DNA from: an uncultured Acidobacteriaceae bacterium
GTDB taxonomy: Bacteria > Acidobacteriota > Terriglobia > Terriglobales > Acidobacteriaceae
Reading direction: 5' to 3'
NCBI GenBank assembly: GCA_963729555.1
Contig: CAVSOH010000010.1
Location: 1,860 to 65,859, forward strand
Length of the DNA stretch: 64,000 nt
Part shown: positions 9,691-20,917 of the stretch, piece by piece
How the letters are laid out: each line of letters opens with the position of its first letter
How positions within the stretch are numbered: position 1 is the first letter of the stretch
The notes under the pieces: generated by a model
The model's database searches: none
What the model was told of the DNA's origin: nothing
Seen by the model: only the letters and a program-made list of their open reading frames with translations
Translations under genes and position numbers: made by a program

Positions 9691-9821
9691 GGGGTTCTCC
9701 AGTGGGAGAGTTTACGCGAGATTTGGCCGGGCGCGACGATTTTAGGGTGTTTGGAGCCGTAAAATAGAGAGGATTGCGGAAAATCTGAACGGCGCATGGC
9801 GCAAAGGACGAAACGAGCGGA

Positions 9822-10755
9822 ATGAGCATTGAATCGAAAGCGGTTTTGGCAGGACAGGTAGAGGCAGCGGCGAAGGCGGCCGGGCTGGTGGTGGTTTCGA
9901 GCGAAGTGGGCAAGGACTTCTCCGGCAATCCGACGACGCGGTTCACGCTGGCGCTGGCCGCTGATACGGCGAAGACGGAAGTGCTGGAGCTGAGCGATCA
10001 CTTCGATTTCAGCCGGGCGGATCTGCTGGCAGAGGTCGACTTGTATCTTGCGGAGATCGGCTAAGCGGTTGAGGAATCCGCGGCCCGATTGCTACCTGAC
10101 GCTGCATGGGTTTCCGCTGAGCTTCGGCAACTTTGCGTGGCCCTTCCATCTGTCGACCTCGGGCGCGGATACCTATCTGGTGCATGGTGAGATACGGCTG
10201 GAGGATGGGCAGGAGAGCGTGCTGCACGCGAAGATCGCCGCGTCGATGACGGTGACGTTTGCCGAGATCGTGAAGGCTCCGGAGCAGCCGTTTGCAGAGG
10301 GCTTCATCTATAACGCGGTGCGCAAGACGATGGACCAGGGGCAGCTGGAGCTGGTCAAGAGCGGCAATCGCCAGCCGGTGCCGGTGACGACGCGCTACTA
10401 CAGCCCGTGGAAGAAGCGGTTCAGCTTCAACGACACGACAGAGGCGCAGCGGCAGGAGTTTCTGGCGGCGAAGGCGTTCTGGCTGTCGGGCGTGTTGGGC
10501 GGTGGACAGCCTGTTTGGTTGCTCGATCCACGGGATGCGCAGTACCTGAACACGACGGTCGAGGAGCTGAAGAAGTCCGCAGTGGCGCTGGCTCGCGAGG
10601 GTGTGTTGCTGCTGGCAACGGATACGGAGTTCGCCACGCCGACCGAGGCTCTGATGGGGCATCGCACCAAATATGAGGCAGAAGTTGCGGCGCAACTGGC
10701 GTTCATCAAGCCGTCCTTCAATGAAGAGATGCGCGGCGGCCACACGAATATGTAA
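9822..10755 (+). pseudogene. Hypothetical protein split by a +1 frameshift near 10056 (pseudogene or sequencing indel)
   Basis: ORF 9822-10064 ends ...LYLAEIG*; removing one base from GCG GAG A TCG GCT AAG gives ...LYLAESAKRLRNPRPDCY, joining ORF 10048-10755. Confidence 0.7.
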
Positions 10756-10785
10756 CCAGCCGAAGCATGCGGTTTCGGTGAAATT

Positions 10786-10816
10786 AAGGCCGCGTGAGCA
10801 GGATTCACGCGGCTTT
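10786..10816 (+). terminator. Intrinsic terminator hairpin
   Basis: AAGGCCGCGTGA-gcaggat-TCACGCGGCTTT. Confidence 0.65.
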
Positions 10817-10990
10817 CATATTGGCCCATATCGAATTTGCTGAAACATTTCTGCATGGGGAGCGTCCAATAGCCTGTATTTACTGGAATTGTCCATGCCT
10901 CTTTTGGCGATTTGCCAGTGATTGCGTGGTTATGTTAGTGTCCCTGTCGGCCTTAAGGTGAACCTCGGCCTGTAGGCAATAAATGAGGAA

Positions 10991-11323
10991 ATGATGAAAC
11001 AGCTAATTCGCATTGCAACGCCACTGATGGCAGTGGCTCTTATGAGCGGCGCCCCGATTTTCGCGCATGCCCAGAACCAAACCTCCTCTGCACAGACGCA
11101 GGAATGGAACACTCCGCCGCAAGGCACAGAACAGGCCCAGCAGGGCTATCGCGATGGCGTCGAAGCCGCGCAGCTGGATCGGGCTGCCAAGCGCAAGATC
11201 GATGCCAAGGCATCGCATCTGTATCTGCACCCGCCAGTGAAGGGCGGGGCTCGTGATGAGTACCGTTCCGGCTTTGAAGCGGGGTACGGGGCGGCAATCA
11301 AGCACAGCAACTCGGGCGTCTAA
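10991..11323 (+). CDS. Small secreted hypothetical protein
   Basis: Signal peptide ending AHA-Q; repeated GYRDG / GFEAGY; SD GAGG upstream. Confidence 0.8.
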   Translation: MMKQLIRIATPLMAVALMSGAPIFAHAQNQTSSAQTQEWNTPPQGTEQAQQGYRDGVEAAQLDRAAKRKIDAKASHLYLHPPVKGGARDEYRSGFEAGYGAAIKHSNSGV

Positions 11324-11378
11324 ACGGAGAGAAATTCCGCGGCGTTTGCCGAAATTGCTGTACAAAAGAAATAAGGAG

Positions 11379-11407
11379 AAGGTCCCCAGCGCGGGACCTT
11401 TTTCTTT
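11379..11407 (+). terminator. Intrinsic terminator
   Basis: AAGGTCCC-cagcgc-GGGACCTT followed by TTTCTTT. Confidence 0.8.
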
Positions 11408-11443
11408 GGTCTATGGTTTACATAGGACGCTGTATATGGGGAG

Positions 11444-13762
11444 ATGTTTGCGATGCGGGTGATGGGAGTGCTGTCTGCGGTGTTGCTGGCGAGCTACGCC
11501 GGAATGGCTTTGGCGCAGGATGTTTCTCCGGCAAGCGGTGCGGCGGCGCAGGCGGCACCGGCGGGCAGGGCTGCGGAGGCTCCGATTGATGGGCTGGTCC
11601 GCAAGGATCCATATACCGTTGCGTTGACGCTACCGGGTAAGCACATGGCGCATGGCGTCGACGCGGGGCCTGATCTATTGCTGAACGACTTTGAGTTTGA
11701 AGGTCAGCCGGTAATGACAGACAAGCTGCACTTCAAGCAGCTCGCGCCAGGCGTTGTCGAGATCACCAGCCTGGCGTACTCGGTGGGGGACTGGCGGTTT
11801 CGCGTGCGGGATGCGGGGAACTATTACGGGCTGGGAGAGCGCTTTGACACCCTGAATCATTCGCACACGATTGTGATGAACTCCTCGCAGGACAACGCCG
11901 GATCGAAGGGATCGACGACCTATCAGCCTATCCCGTTTTTCATGAGCACGACGGGCTATGGGCTTTGGCTGGATACAACGTCTGAGGCCGCCTTCGACAT
12001 GAATGCGACGAACGTGTCGGACGTGATCGTCGATGTGCCCGCGCAGAAGCTGCGGCTGGTGCTGTTTACGGGGCCGGAGTTTCCGAAGATTCTCGAACGC
12101 TTCACCGCGCAGGCGGGACGCGCGATTCTGCCGCCGTACTGGGCCTTCGCGCCGTGGATGGGCCGAGACTACCACCAGAATCAGGCGCAGGTGTTGGAGG
12201 ATGTCGACAAGACGCGAGCGCTGGGGCTGCCGGCCAGTGTGATCCTGATCGACTCGCCGTGGACAACTTCCTATAACAGTTACAAATTCAATCCCAAGCA
12301 GTTCGATGATGCTGCGGCGATGGTGAAACATCTGCACGGCGAGGGCTACAAGCTGGTGCTGTGGCATACGTCGTGGATTAATTCCCAGTCGAATTCACCA
12401 GGAGAGAAGGGTTTCGAAGGCAAGATGGAGCCGCATGCGGAGAACTACGACGAGGCGGCGGGTAATGGCTTTTTTGTGAAGGCTCCCGATGGCAAGCCGT
12501 ATGTCGGGCGATGGTGGAAGGGAACGGGGTCGATGATCGACTTCACGAATCCTTCGGCCAAGCGTTGGTGGCAGGATCAGGTGCGGCAGGTGATCGCTGC
12601 GGGAGCCGACGGTTTCAAGGACGATGATGCCGAAGGAAACTTCCAGGGTGAGGTGAAGTTCGCTGATGGGACCGACAAGCGGTTGATGCGAAATCGTTAT
12701 GCCGTGCTCTACAACAACGCGATGGAGGAGTTGATCCAGAAGGATTTGAAGGGCAACGGCGTGTTGTTTGCCCGTAGCGTGACGACGGACGGACATGCTG
12801 GCGCGAACGGCATCGGCTTTCTGTGGGGCGGCGATAACGAGTCGAGCTTCAGCCCCGAAAACGGATTGCCAACCGCTGTTACGGCTGGGCTGAACGCGGG
12901 CATCAGCGGACTGCCGCTGTGGACGGCTGACCTTGGCGGATATCTGAAGGTGGGTGAGAAGCAGGACCCGCTGGTGCAGATGCGGTGGACCGAGTACTCA
13001 GCGTTTTCGCCGACGATGGAGATTCTGTCTCAGACGAATCAGCAGCCGTGGAACTGGGACGAGAAGACCGGTGGGACTCGGGCGCTCGATGTGTATCGCA
13101 AATACGTAACGCTGCACATGAGTCTGTTTCCCTATCGCTATGCTGCGGCGCAGGAGGCAGCGAAGACGGGCATGCCCATCATGCGGGCGTTGGTGCTGAC
13201 GAATCAGAATGACGATCGCGCGCGCATGGCGAAGGACGAGTACATGTTCGGGCCGGATTTTCTTGTGGCCCCGGTTCTCGATGAAAATCCACTCCGCATT
13301 GTCTATTTACCTGAGGGAGACTGGGTGGATTACTGGACGGGTGCGCGTATCGCTGGAGGTAGATCGCTGCCGGTCGATGCGCCAGTCGACGTGCTGCCGT
13401 TGTACGTTCGCGCCGGAGCGGTCATTCCGAAGATCCCCGAAGACGTGATGACGCTGGTTCCGCAGAGCGAGAGCGGGAACAGCAAAGTGAAGTCGATGGA
13501 TGACCGTCGCGTGTATGAGCTGATTGGCGGGGCCGGCGCTGCGGATGCGAGCCTGACGGACTTTGAGGGGCGCAAGCTGTCGCGTGGCGTGAACTCGCTG
13601 AAGATCGGCGGAGACTCTGCGGCGCATATCATCCTGCGTTGGCGGTTCGGCAAGGTAAACACCGTAACAGTGGATGGTTCACCGGTGAAGGTGCAGAACG
13701 GGCCGGATGGGGATTTCGTAGAGTTCGACTACCTGAAGGAGAGCGCAGTCGCGTGGCAGTAA
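11444..13762 (+). CDS. Glycoside hydrolase family 31 (alpha-glucosidase/xylosidase-like), secreted
   Basis: YYGLGERF, YQPIPFFMST, GFKDDDAEG (nucleophile region), WGGDN (acid/base), WTADLGG, PIMRAL, EYMFGPDFLVAPV. Confidence 0.92.
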   Translation: MFAMRVMGVLSAVLLASYAGMALAQDVSPASGAAAQAAPAGRAAEAPIDGLVRKDPYTVALTLPGKHMAHGVDAGPDLLLNDFEFEGQPVMTDKLHFKQLAPGVVEITSLAYSVGDWRFRVRDAGNYYGLGERFDTLNHSHTIVMNSSQDNAGSKGSTTYQPIPFFMSTTGYGLWLDTTSEAAFDMNATNVSDVIVDVPAQKLRLVLFTGPEFPKILERFTAQAGRAILPPYWAFAPWMGRDYHQNQAQVLEDVDKTRALGLPASVILIDSPWTTSYNSYKFNPKQFDDAAAMVKHLHGEGYKLVLWHTSWINSQSNSPGEKGFEGKMEPHAENYDEAAGNGFFVKAPDGKPYVGRWWKGTGSMIDFTNPSAKRWWQDQVRQVIAAGADGFKDDDAEGNFQGEVKFADGTDKRLMRNRYAVLYNNAMEELIQKDLKGNGVLFARSVTTDGHAGANGIGFLWGGDNESSFSPENGLPTAVTAGLNAGISGLPLWTADLGGYLKVGEKQDPLVQMRWTEYSAFSPTMEILSQTNQQPWNWDEKTGGTRALDVYRKYVTLHMSLFPYRYAAAQEAAKTGMPIMRALVLTNQNDDRARMAKDEYMFGPDFLVAPVLDENPLRIVYLPEGDWVDYWTGARIAGGRSLPVDAPVDVLPLYVRAGAVIPKIPEDVMTLVPQSESGNSKVKSMDDRRVYELIGGAGAADASLTDFEGRKLSRGVNSLKIGGDSAAHIILRWRFGKVNTVTVDGSPVKVQNGPDGDFVEFDYLKESAVAWQ

Positions 13763-13763
13763 G

Positions 13764-14207
13764 CTATACGGCAGGCGGGCTGAGGAGCTGATCTGCCGCT
13801 GTGGCCGCTCCGCAATGAGGGCAGAAAGTTGCAGCGGGCTCGATGGCAGCACCGCATGCACGGCAGGGCGGAGTTGTGGTGGACGGTGCGGCCTGCATCG
13901 GGGTGTTGAGGATCTGGGTGGCGATATAGGTGGCCTGCTCGGCGTTGTAGCGACGGACTCGGCCTGGCATAAAGAAGGCGTCGATAAAGCCGAGGATGGC
14001 GGAGATGCCTGTCCAGAAGAAGCAAAGATAGAGGATGCCGAGGCCAGTGCGCCGGATATAAAACTGGTGGATGCCAAAGTTGCCGAGAAAGATAGCGAGA
14101 AGGACGCCGATGACCTCGTCGCGGCGAGCGTGCGCGAACTCGGCGTAGAACCAGGCGCGTTGATGGTCGGTCATGTTGGCGGTGGGGATAGGGTCGATGA
14201 ACTGCAT
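13764..14207 (-). CDS. TM2 (NINE) domain protein with C-terminal zinc ribbon
   Basis: LLAIFLGNFGIHQFY...GILYLCFFWTGISAILGFID; CRAC...FCPHCG. Confidence 0.85.
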   Translation of the reverse strand: MQFIDPIPTANMTDHQRAWFYAEFAHARRDEVIGVLLAIFLGNFGIHQFYIRRTGLGILYLCFFWTGISAILGFIDAFFMPGRVRRYNAEQATYIATQILNTPMQAAPSTTTPPCRACGAAIEPAATFCPHCGAATAADQLLSPPAV

Positions 14208-14236
14208 GGCGTTGGAATCTCCGATCTTGCAGAAGA

Positions 14237-14262
14237 TACGTGCTCTTAGGGGGCAAGGTTCC
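14237..14262 (-). promoter_or_regulatory. Candidate ECF sigma promoter of the TM2 gene
   Basis: GGAACC-N16-CGTA on the minus strand, about 30 nt before the ATG. Confidence 0.45.
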
Positions 14263-14405
14263 CGATGGTTCAGATGGCAATCTAAGACGGGACTGGTCGC
14301 ACTTTACAGGTAATGGAAGTCGCCGTAAAGTTTTGTTAATTCGCGGCGTCGAGGCAACGGCGTATCGCGATCGTCACTCTGAGTAAAGAAACGAGGAGGT
14401 CGTCT

Positions 14406-14615
14406 ATGCAATCGGTACACACTGGGCAGTGTGGGCTCTGTACGCATTTTGGGGAGAACCATGCGAAGAACTCTGCGCTGGTGACGATCCTCACAAGCCA
14501 TAAAGCGCCGTTGAATATGCTGGATGAGTGCGGCCATCCGAAACACGCTGCGTTGCACCTGAAGGTGACGCCGATCAGTGGATGCGATGGCTTCCATGCT
14601 GCGGCTCAGGCCTAA
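14406..14615 (+). CDS. Small four-cysteine protein (HiPIP-like Cys layout)
   Basis: Strong SD GAGGAGG; C9xxC12...C42...C60xxF. Confidence 0.8.
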   Translation: MQSVHTGQCGLCTHFGENHAKNSALVTILTSHKAPLNMLDECGHPKHAALHLKVTPISGCDGFHAAAQA

Positions 14616-14640
14616 GACATATCTAATTGTTGGTTAAACT

Positions 14641-14670
14641 CAAAAGCCCCCGCTGAAGCGAGGGCCTTTG
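14641..14670. terminator. Bidirectional terminator between the small Cys protein gene and rpoD
   Basis: CAAAAGCCCCCGC-TGAA-GCGAGGGCCTTTG, imperfect stem flanked by A/T runs. Confidence 0.6.
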
Positions 14671-14688
14671 ATTTTAAAGCAGCGCAGG

Positions 14689-16401
<1,713 letters not shown>

Positions 16402-16610
16402 GGCTGTGCGCACTCCTGCGAAAGATCCTTTTTGATTGGGTGCCGCCGGTTAGATTCCGGGCGGACAAATCCCTGGGTTGTTTCGTAATGGGCAGGGAGC
16501 AGATAGCGGTTTAGACCGCTTTGGCCAGCCGTATGACCTTCAGAGAGGTCAGGGCATTCAAGGGCACACTTCCCCAGCGAATCACAGCATACCACAGACT
16601 ATTAGACGCT

Positions 16611-16856
16611 TTACGTGGAAAAAAGGTTCGGTGGCGGTGTCCGCAAAGGTTCTCCCTTGACGCCGCTCTGGTGCCGGGGACAGCGGCGCAGGTGAATATC
16701 TTTGCCCGCGGAACCATAATCGTGGCTGCAATGGCTGCAGCGCATGTGGTAAATCGTCTGTCCGGGGAAGGATTCCGAGGGAAAACCGGTCCTGGCGATG
16801 ACGATTTGGCCGTGTTTGTTCTTATATCCGGGGTCTGTGGTCTGAAAACGAGTCAT
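16611..16856 (-). CDS. Small zinc-finger hypothetical protein, third gene of the TA operon
   Basis: ATG overlaps the doc stop (ATGA); CSHC...CPRH. Confidence 0.7.
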   Translation of the reverse strand: MTRFQTTDPGYKNKHGQIVIARTGFPSESFPGQTIYHMRCSHCSHDYGSAGKDIHLRRCPRHQSGVKGEPLRTPPPNLFST

Positions 16857-17248
16857 TTTTCCAAGGGAACAGCGTGCTGGGTGAACCAGGCGGCTAACCC
16901 CTCTTCGCTCAGGGAGCCGTCGGCCAAGTGCAGAAAGGTAAAGTACTTCTCTTCAGGCGTCGAAACAACCCTCAGGCCATTCAGGCGCAGAAAGCCTTCG
17001 GAGATGACCAGAGCCGTGCGCTTATTTCCATCGATGAAGGCGTGGTTTCGCGCCAGCCCGAAGGCGTAGGAGGCCGCAAGTCGCGGAAGGGTCGGATCAT
17101 CGGCATATGCGAAGACATTGCGCGGCTTGGACAGCGCCGAGTCGAGAAGAGCCTCATCGCGAAGGCCATCCGATCCGCCGTGCTCCGCCAGCTGCCTTGA
17201 ATGAACGACTAGAACCTCTGGCTTATCAATCCAGATCGGCTCGTCCAC
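16853..17248 (-). CDS. doc: Death-on-curing (Doc/Fic family) type II toxin
   Basis: HGGSDGLRDEALLDSAL...HAFIDGNKRTA. Confidence 0.93.
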   Translation of the reverse strand: MDEPIWIDKPEVLVVHSRQLAEHGGSDGLRDEALLDSALSKPRNVFAYADDPTLPRLAASYAFGLARNHAFIDGNKRTALVISEGFLRLNGLRVVSTPEEKYFTFLHLADGSLSEEGLAAWFTQHAVPLEK

Positions 17249-17475
17249 TATTCCGCCAGTTTCTTCAGAACATCGCGATTTTCCCGCATCACGTGTTCGA
17301 ACGCGTCGAGCTTATCTGCGAACGAAGCAGTATACGGGGTCAGGCGAACCCCATCCGGCGCTTCCGTGAAGTAGACCGTATCGCCCTTTTCGACATGAAG
17401 CCGGTTCAGGATCTCTTTCGGCAAAATGACCCCTACCGAATTCCCAATGGAGATGATTTTGGCTGCGGTTGCCAT
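17248..17475 (-). CDS. AbrB/MazE/SpoVT family antitoxin
   Basis: KIISIGNSVGVILPKEIL...VEKGDTVYF; stop overlaps the doc start. Confidence 0.9.
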   Translation of the reverse strand: MATAAKIISIGNSVGVILPKEILNRLHVEKGDTVYFTEAPDGVRLTPYTASFADKLDAFEHVMRENRDVLKKLAE

Positions 17476-17493
17476 AGGAGCCTCCTCAGGTAA

Positions 17494-17511
17494 TTATAAC
17501 AATTGTTATAA
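17494..17511. promoter_or_regulatory. Palindromic operator of the TA operon
   Basis: Perfect 18-bp palindrome TTATAACAATTGTTATAA, 18 nt upstream of the antitoxin ATG. Confidence 0.75.
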
Positions 17512-17525
17512 CGCTAAGAAGAGTC

Positions 17526-19031
17526 TCAGGCAAACTTCCGAAACAGCTGTCCCGACATCTTCTTCACCACATCCCCAACCCCAAACAGCGGCCATGAGAG
17601 CCCCGCGACAATCGCTCCCGCCGTCACGGCGAGTCCCATCTGCCAAAGCAAGGGATACGTCGAAGTCCGCTGCAGCAGCCCCAGCGAGACCATCAGCAAG
17701 ACCAGGCAGAGCGTCAACAGTCGCCGCAGGTAGGTAAACTCCAGCGGATCATGCGCGAATAATTCCATATTGAGGCGAAGAATCCGCACGGTCTGGAACG
17801 TCTCCACTGCCAGCCATGTCCAGAGAAAACCAGCAACTCCTGCGAAGTGGACCGTACCTATCGACAGCACAACCATGGTCACGTAGCTGAAAAACATCGT
17901 TCGGGCGAGCGACTCGTGCGTGTTGGTCGAATACTGGAACTGAAACTTGTGCTCTTTCAGGCTAATGACCATCGAGATAGCGGCACTCAGAACGTACGGG
18001 TACGGAGAGAAAAGCTCTGCGCGCCTGTGCATCCAGACGGTGATCAGAATGGGCGACAGCAGTAGAACGCCCGTGTTGACCAGCGGGATCAGGAAGAAGA
18101 CGAACCGCTCCGAGTAGTCATAAAGCCGCGAAAGCGCCGTCCAATCGTCCCGGCCGAACAGGTGCGTGATCTCCGCCCCCATCGACTGCGTAAAGATCGA
18201 CAGCATCTGCCGGCACATGGAGAAGACCAGCCGCATGACGATGAAGCCTGCAACGGCTACCGGCCCAAGTACACGCTGCAGCACGATCAACGGCGCCTGG
18301 TAGGTCAAAAAAGTGGAGACCGCGATCAGGCCGAAGTAGCCGCTGGGCCTGAGGATCTCCTTGACTGCACTTCGATCCCAATATCGGATGTTGGGGAATA
18401 GATCTGGAGCTGTGCGGCGCAGGTCGAAGAGGACGCACACAATCGAAAGGCACATCGTAAACAGCATCACGCCGGCCAGCACAGGGAAGGGCATCCGCAT
18501 CGACACGCACAGCAGCAGCAGCAGAGCAGAAAGAAATGCCTGAAAGTTGCTCCAGTAAGCTCCGCGGTGGGCCCGCGCGACCCCCATGTAGATTCCAGTG
18601 AAATACCCAAAGAGAATATTCAGCAGCACCTGGCAGGCCAGAAGGTATGCGGTGAGTTGCGTCGCGCGCCTTCCGATATCGAGCTTCAGCATCGAGTCGA
18701 TGGGCAGCGCGAAGATGACGAGCGAAAGCGCCATTGCACAAAGAACCACGCTACCCAGCAGGCGAAGCGCAGTCGACTGCCGCACCTGGTAGCCGCCGGC
18801 CTCGCCTCGGTTGTAGCGCACGGCGAGGTCCTGGTTCATGTATGTCTGCACGCCGAAGTTCAGCATCCCCAGCGCAGCCACCGCGCCCGACAGGACGCCC
18901 CACTCGCCGAACTGCGCCGTCGAGTAGCGATGAATGAAGATCGGCGGAATGATGACCTGCTGGATGATCGTCAGCAAGCGGCCCGTAAACATGGCGCCCA
19001 GGTTTTTGAGGATGCGTTGGAATCCGGCCAT
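17526..19031 (-). CDS. Polysaccharide/oligosaccharide flippase-like membrane protein (Wzx/MOP superfamily)
   Basis: 501 aa, about 12-14 hydrophobic segments; FGEWGVLSGAVA..., LGPVAVAGF. Confidence 0.7.
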   Translation of the reverse strand: MAGFQRILKNLGAMFTGRLLTIIQQVIIPPIFIHRYSTAQFGEWGVLSGAVAALGMLNFGVQTYMNQDLAVRYNRGEAGGYQVRQSTALRLLGSVVLCAMALSLVIFALPIDSMLKLDIGRRATQLTAYLLACQVLLNILFGYFTGIYMGVARAHRGAYWSNFQAFLSALLLLLCVSMRMPFPVLAGVMLFTMCLSIVCVLFDLRRTAPDLFPNIRYWDRSAVKEILRPSGYFGLIAVSTFLTYQAPLIVLQRVLGPVAVAGFIVMRLVFSMCRQMLSIFTQSMGAEITHLFGRDDWTALSRLYDYSERFVFFLIPLVNTGVLLLSPILITVWMHRRAELFSPYPYVLSAAISMVISLKEHKFQFQYSTNTHESLARTMFFSYVTMVVLSIGTVHFAGVAGFLWTWLAVETFQTVRILRLNMELFAHDPLEFTYLRRLLTLCLVLLMVSLGLLQRTSTYPLLWQMGLAVTAGAIVAGLSWPLFGVGDVVKKMSGQLFRKFA

Positions 19032-19129
19032 GTTCGGTTCAGCGATCTCCAGGGGTCTTAAGGCAAGAGGCCAGATAGCATTTGCAGGGCCATTCTATCC
19101 TGACCATCCCCGGAGCCGAATACCACCAA

Positions 19130-20917
19130 TCAGTGATTGCGTAGCCAGCCGTCGACCTCTACCTTCTCTGCCGAAAGCTTCTTCAGCATCTCCTCATCAC
19201 CACGCCTGTAGGCCTCGGCGATCAGCGTGCGGATCTCGCGCTGCCGCCGCTGCATGTAGCGAAGTTCGAGTTTGTCGAGGGCATGCTGTACCCGCTCGGT
19301 TAACGGTTGTTGCGAGTCGGCCGCGTCGTCGCCGTGTTGCAGTGCCAGAGCCAGCAGAGCCCGGCTGGGTTGGTCGGGAGCGGCGTCCAGAGGATTGGAA
19401 GGAGCCGGTGCGTGGGCCAGCGCCTCCAGAACTGACGCGGCGGTCAAGCCGTCGTACCACTCCGGATGTTCGGAGAGCCTCGCCGCTGCAAGTCTCCGTG
19501 ACGAGTCATCCTCGGGCAGCACCAGCGCACGCAGCAGGATGCGCTCCATCTCGCTGGCCGGATCGTTCGTATGGGTGCGCACGCTCTCCACGCGCTGTGC
19601 AGCGGCCTGCTTCAACTCCTGCCGCAGGATGGCCGAGTCGATCCCCAGCTTCTGCGCGGCGTCGGCGGCGAACTCGTCGCGTTGGATGCGGTTAGGCATG
19701 CGGCGAATGTGCGGCAGCAGAAAGTTCATCGCCTTTACCTTGCCCTCGGCCGTGCGTGGGGGGAACTGCTGACGGGCGCGCTCGATCAGAAAGTCGCTGT
19801 ACCGCTTGGCCGTGCGCAGCGCAGCCATATAGGCCTGGATTCCATGCTCGCGAACGTAGCGGTCGGGATCGAGCCCGCCTTCGAGCGTAATCACCTTCAC
19901 CTCGAAGTCCTCTTCGGTCAGCAGAGCGATGGCCTTCTCGGCAGCGCCTGCACCGGCGTTGTCAGGATCGAAGTTGACCACGACGCGTTTGGTGAACCGG
20001 CTGATCTGGCGCACCTGCATCTCGGTGAACGCCGTGCCGGAGACTGCAAGGACGTTCCTGATCCCGGCCATATACACCGAGATGCAGTCCATCTGCCCTT
20101 CCACGAGAAGAACAAAATCATGAGCGCGCATATCGGCCTTGGCCTTGTCCAGATTGAACAGAACCTGCCCCTTCGAATACAGCGCAGTCTCCGGCGAGTT
20201 CATGTACTTGGCAATCGCCCGCCCCTTGTCGTCGACCTCATCCAATGCCCGCGCAGTAAACGCAATCGTCTTGCCCTGTTCGTTCGCAATGGGAAAGGTG
20301 ATGCGCTTGCGAAACTTCGCATAGAGCTGTCCCTGCGACCCGTCGGCCTGCTCCTTCGCGCTGAAGAGTCCACTCGTGCGCATCACCTCTTCGTTGAAGT
20401 GAGGCTTCAAACGCTCGCGCATATCGTTGAAGTCATCCGGTGCATAACCAATGCGAAATTTAGCGATCGTCTCCGCGGTAACGCCGCGACCGGTCAGGTA
20501 CTCTCGCGCACGCGCCGCCTCGGGACTCTTCAGATGAGCCTCAAAGTACTGCGTCGCCGCCTCATGGATGTCGATCAACTGCCGCCGCAGCCCAGCCTCG
20601 CGCGCCTCTTCCGGTGAACTGAACTCGCGCTTCGGCAGCGGAACCCCTGCCTTCGCTGCAACGGCGCGAACAGCTTCGGGAAAGCTGATGCTCTCCATCT
20701 TCATCACGAACGTGAAGACGTCGCCCTTCTCGTGACAGCCAAAACAGTAGAAGTAACTGTGCGTCGCGTTCACCGAGAAGGAGCCCGTCTTCTCCTTGTG
20801 AAAAGGGCACAGGCCGGTGTAGTTCTGCGCGCCAGTCTTGCGCAGCTTCACATACTCGCCGATGATGCGGACGATGTCGGCCTGCTGCTTGACGGTTTGG
20901 GCAAAGTTATCCGACAT
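19130..20917 (-). CDS. dnaG: DNA primase
   Basis: CPFHKEKTGSFSV...YCFGC zinc finger, KYMNSPET, TOPRIM VEGQMD, FDPDNAG, DPD; start MSDNFAQTVK at 20917. Confidence 0.97.
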   Translation of the reverse strand: MSDNFAQTVKQQADIVRIIGEYVKLRKTGAQNYTGLCPFHKEKTGSFSVNATHSYFYCFGCHEKGDVFTFVMKMESISFPEAVRAVAAKAGVPLPKREFSSPEEAREAGLRRQLIDIHEAATQYFEAHLKSPEAARAREYLTGRGVTAETIAKFRIGYAPDDFNDMRERLKPHFNEEVMRTSGLFSAKEQADGSQGQLYAKFRKRITFPIANEQGKTIAFTARALDEVDDKGRAIAKYMNSPETALYSKGQVLFNLDKAKADMRAHDFVLLVEGQMDCISVYMAGIRNVLAVSGTAFTEMQVRQISRFTKRVVVNFDPDNAGAGAAEKAIALLTEEDFEVKVITLEGGLDPDRYVREHGIQAYMAALRTAKRYSDFLIERARQQFPPRTAEGKVKAMNFLLPHIRRMPNRIQRDEFAADAAQKLGIDSAILRQELKQAAAQRVESVRTHTNDPASEMERILLRALVLPEDDSSRRLAAARLSEHPEWYDGLTAASVLEALAHAPAPSNPLDAAPDQPSRALLALALQHGDDAADSQQPLTERVQHALDKLELRYMQRRQREIRTLIAEAYRRGDEEMLKKLSAEKVEVDGWLRNH

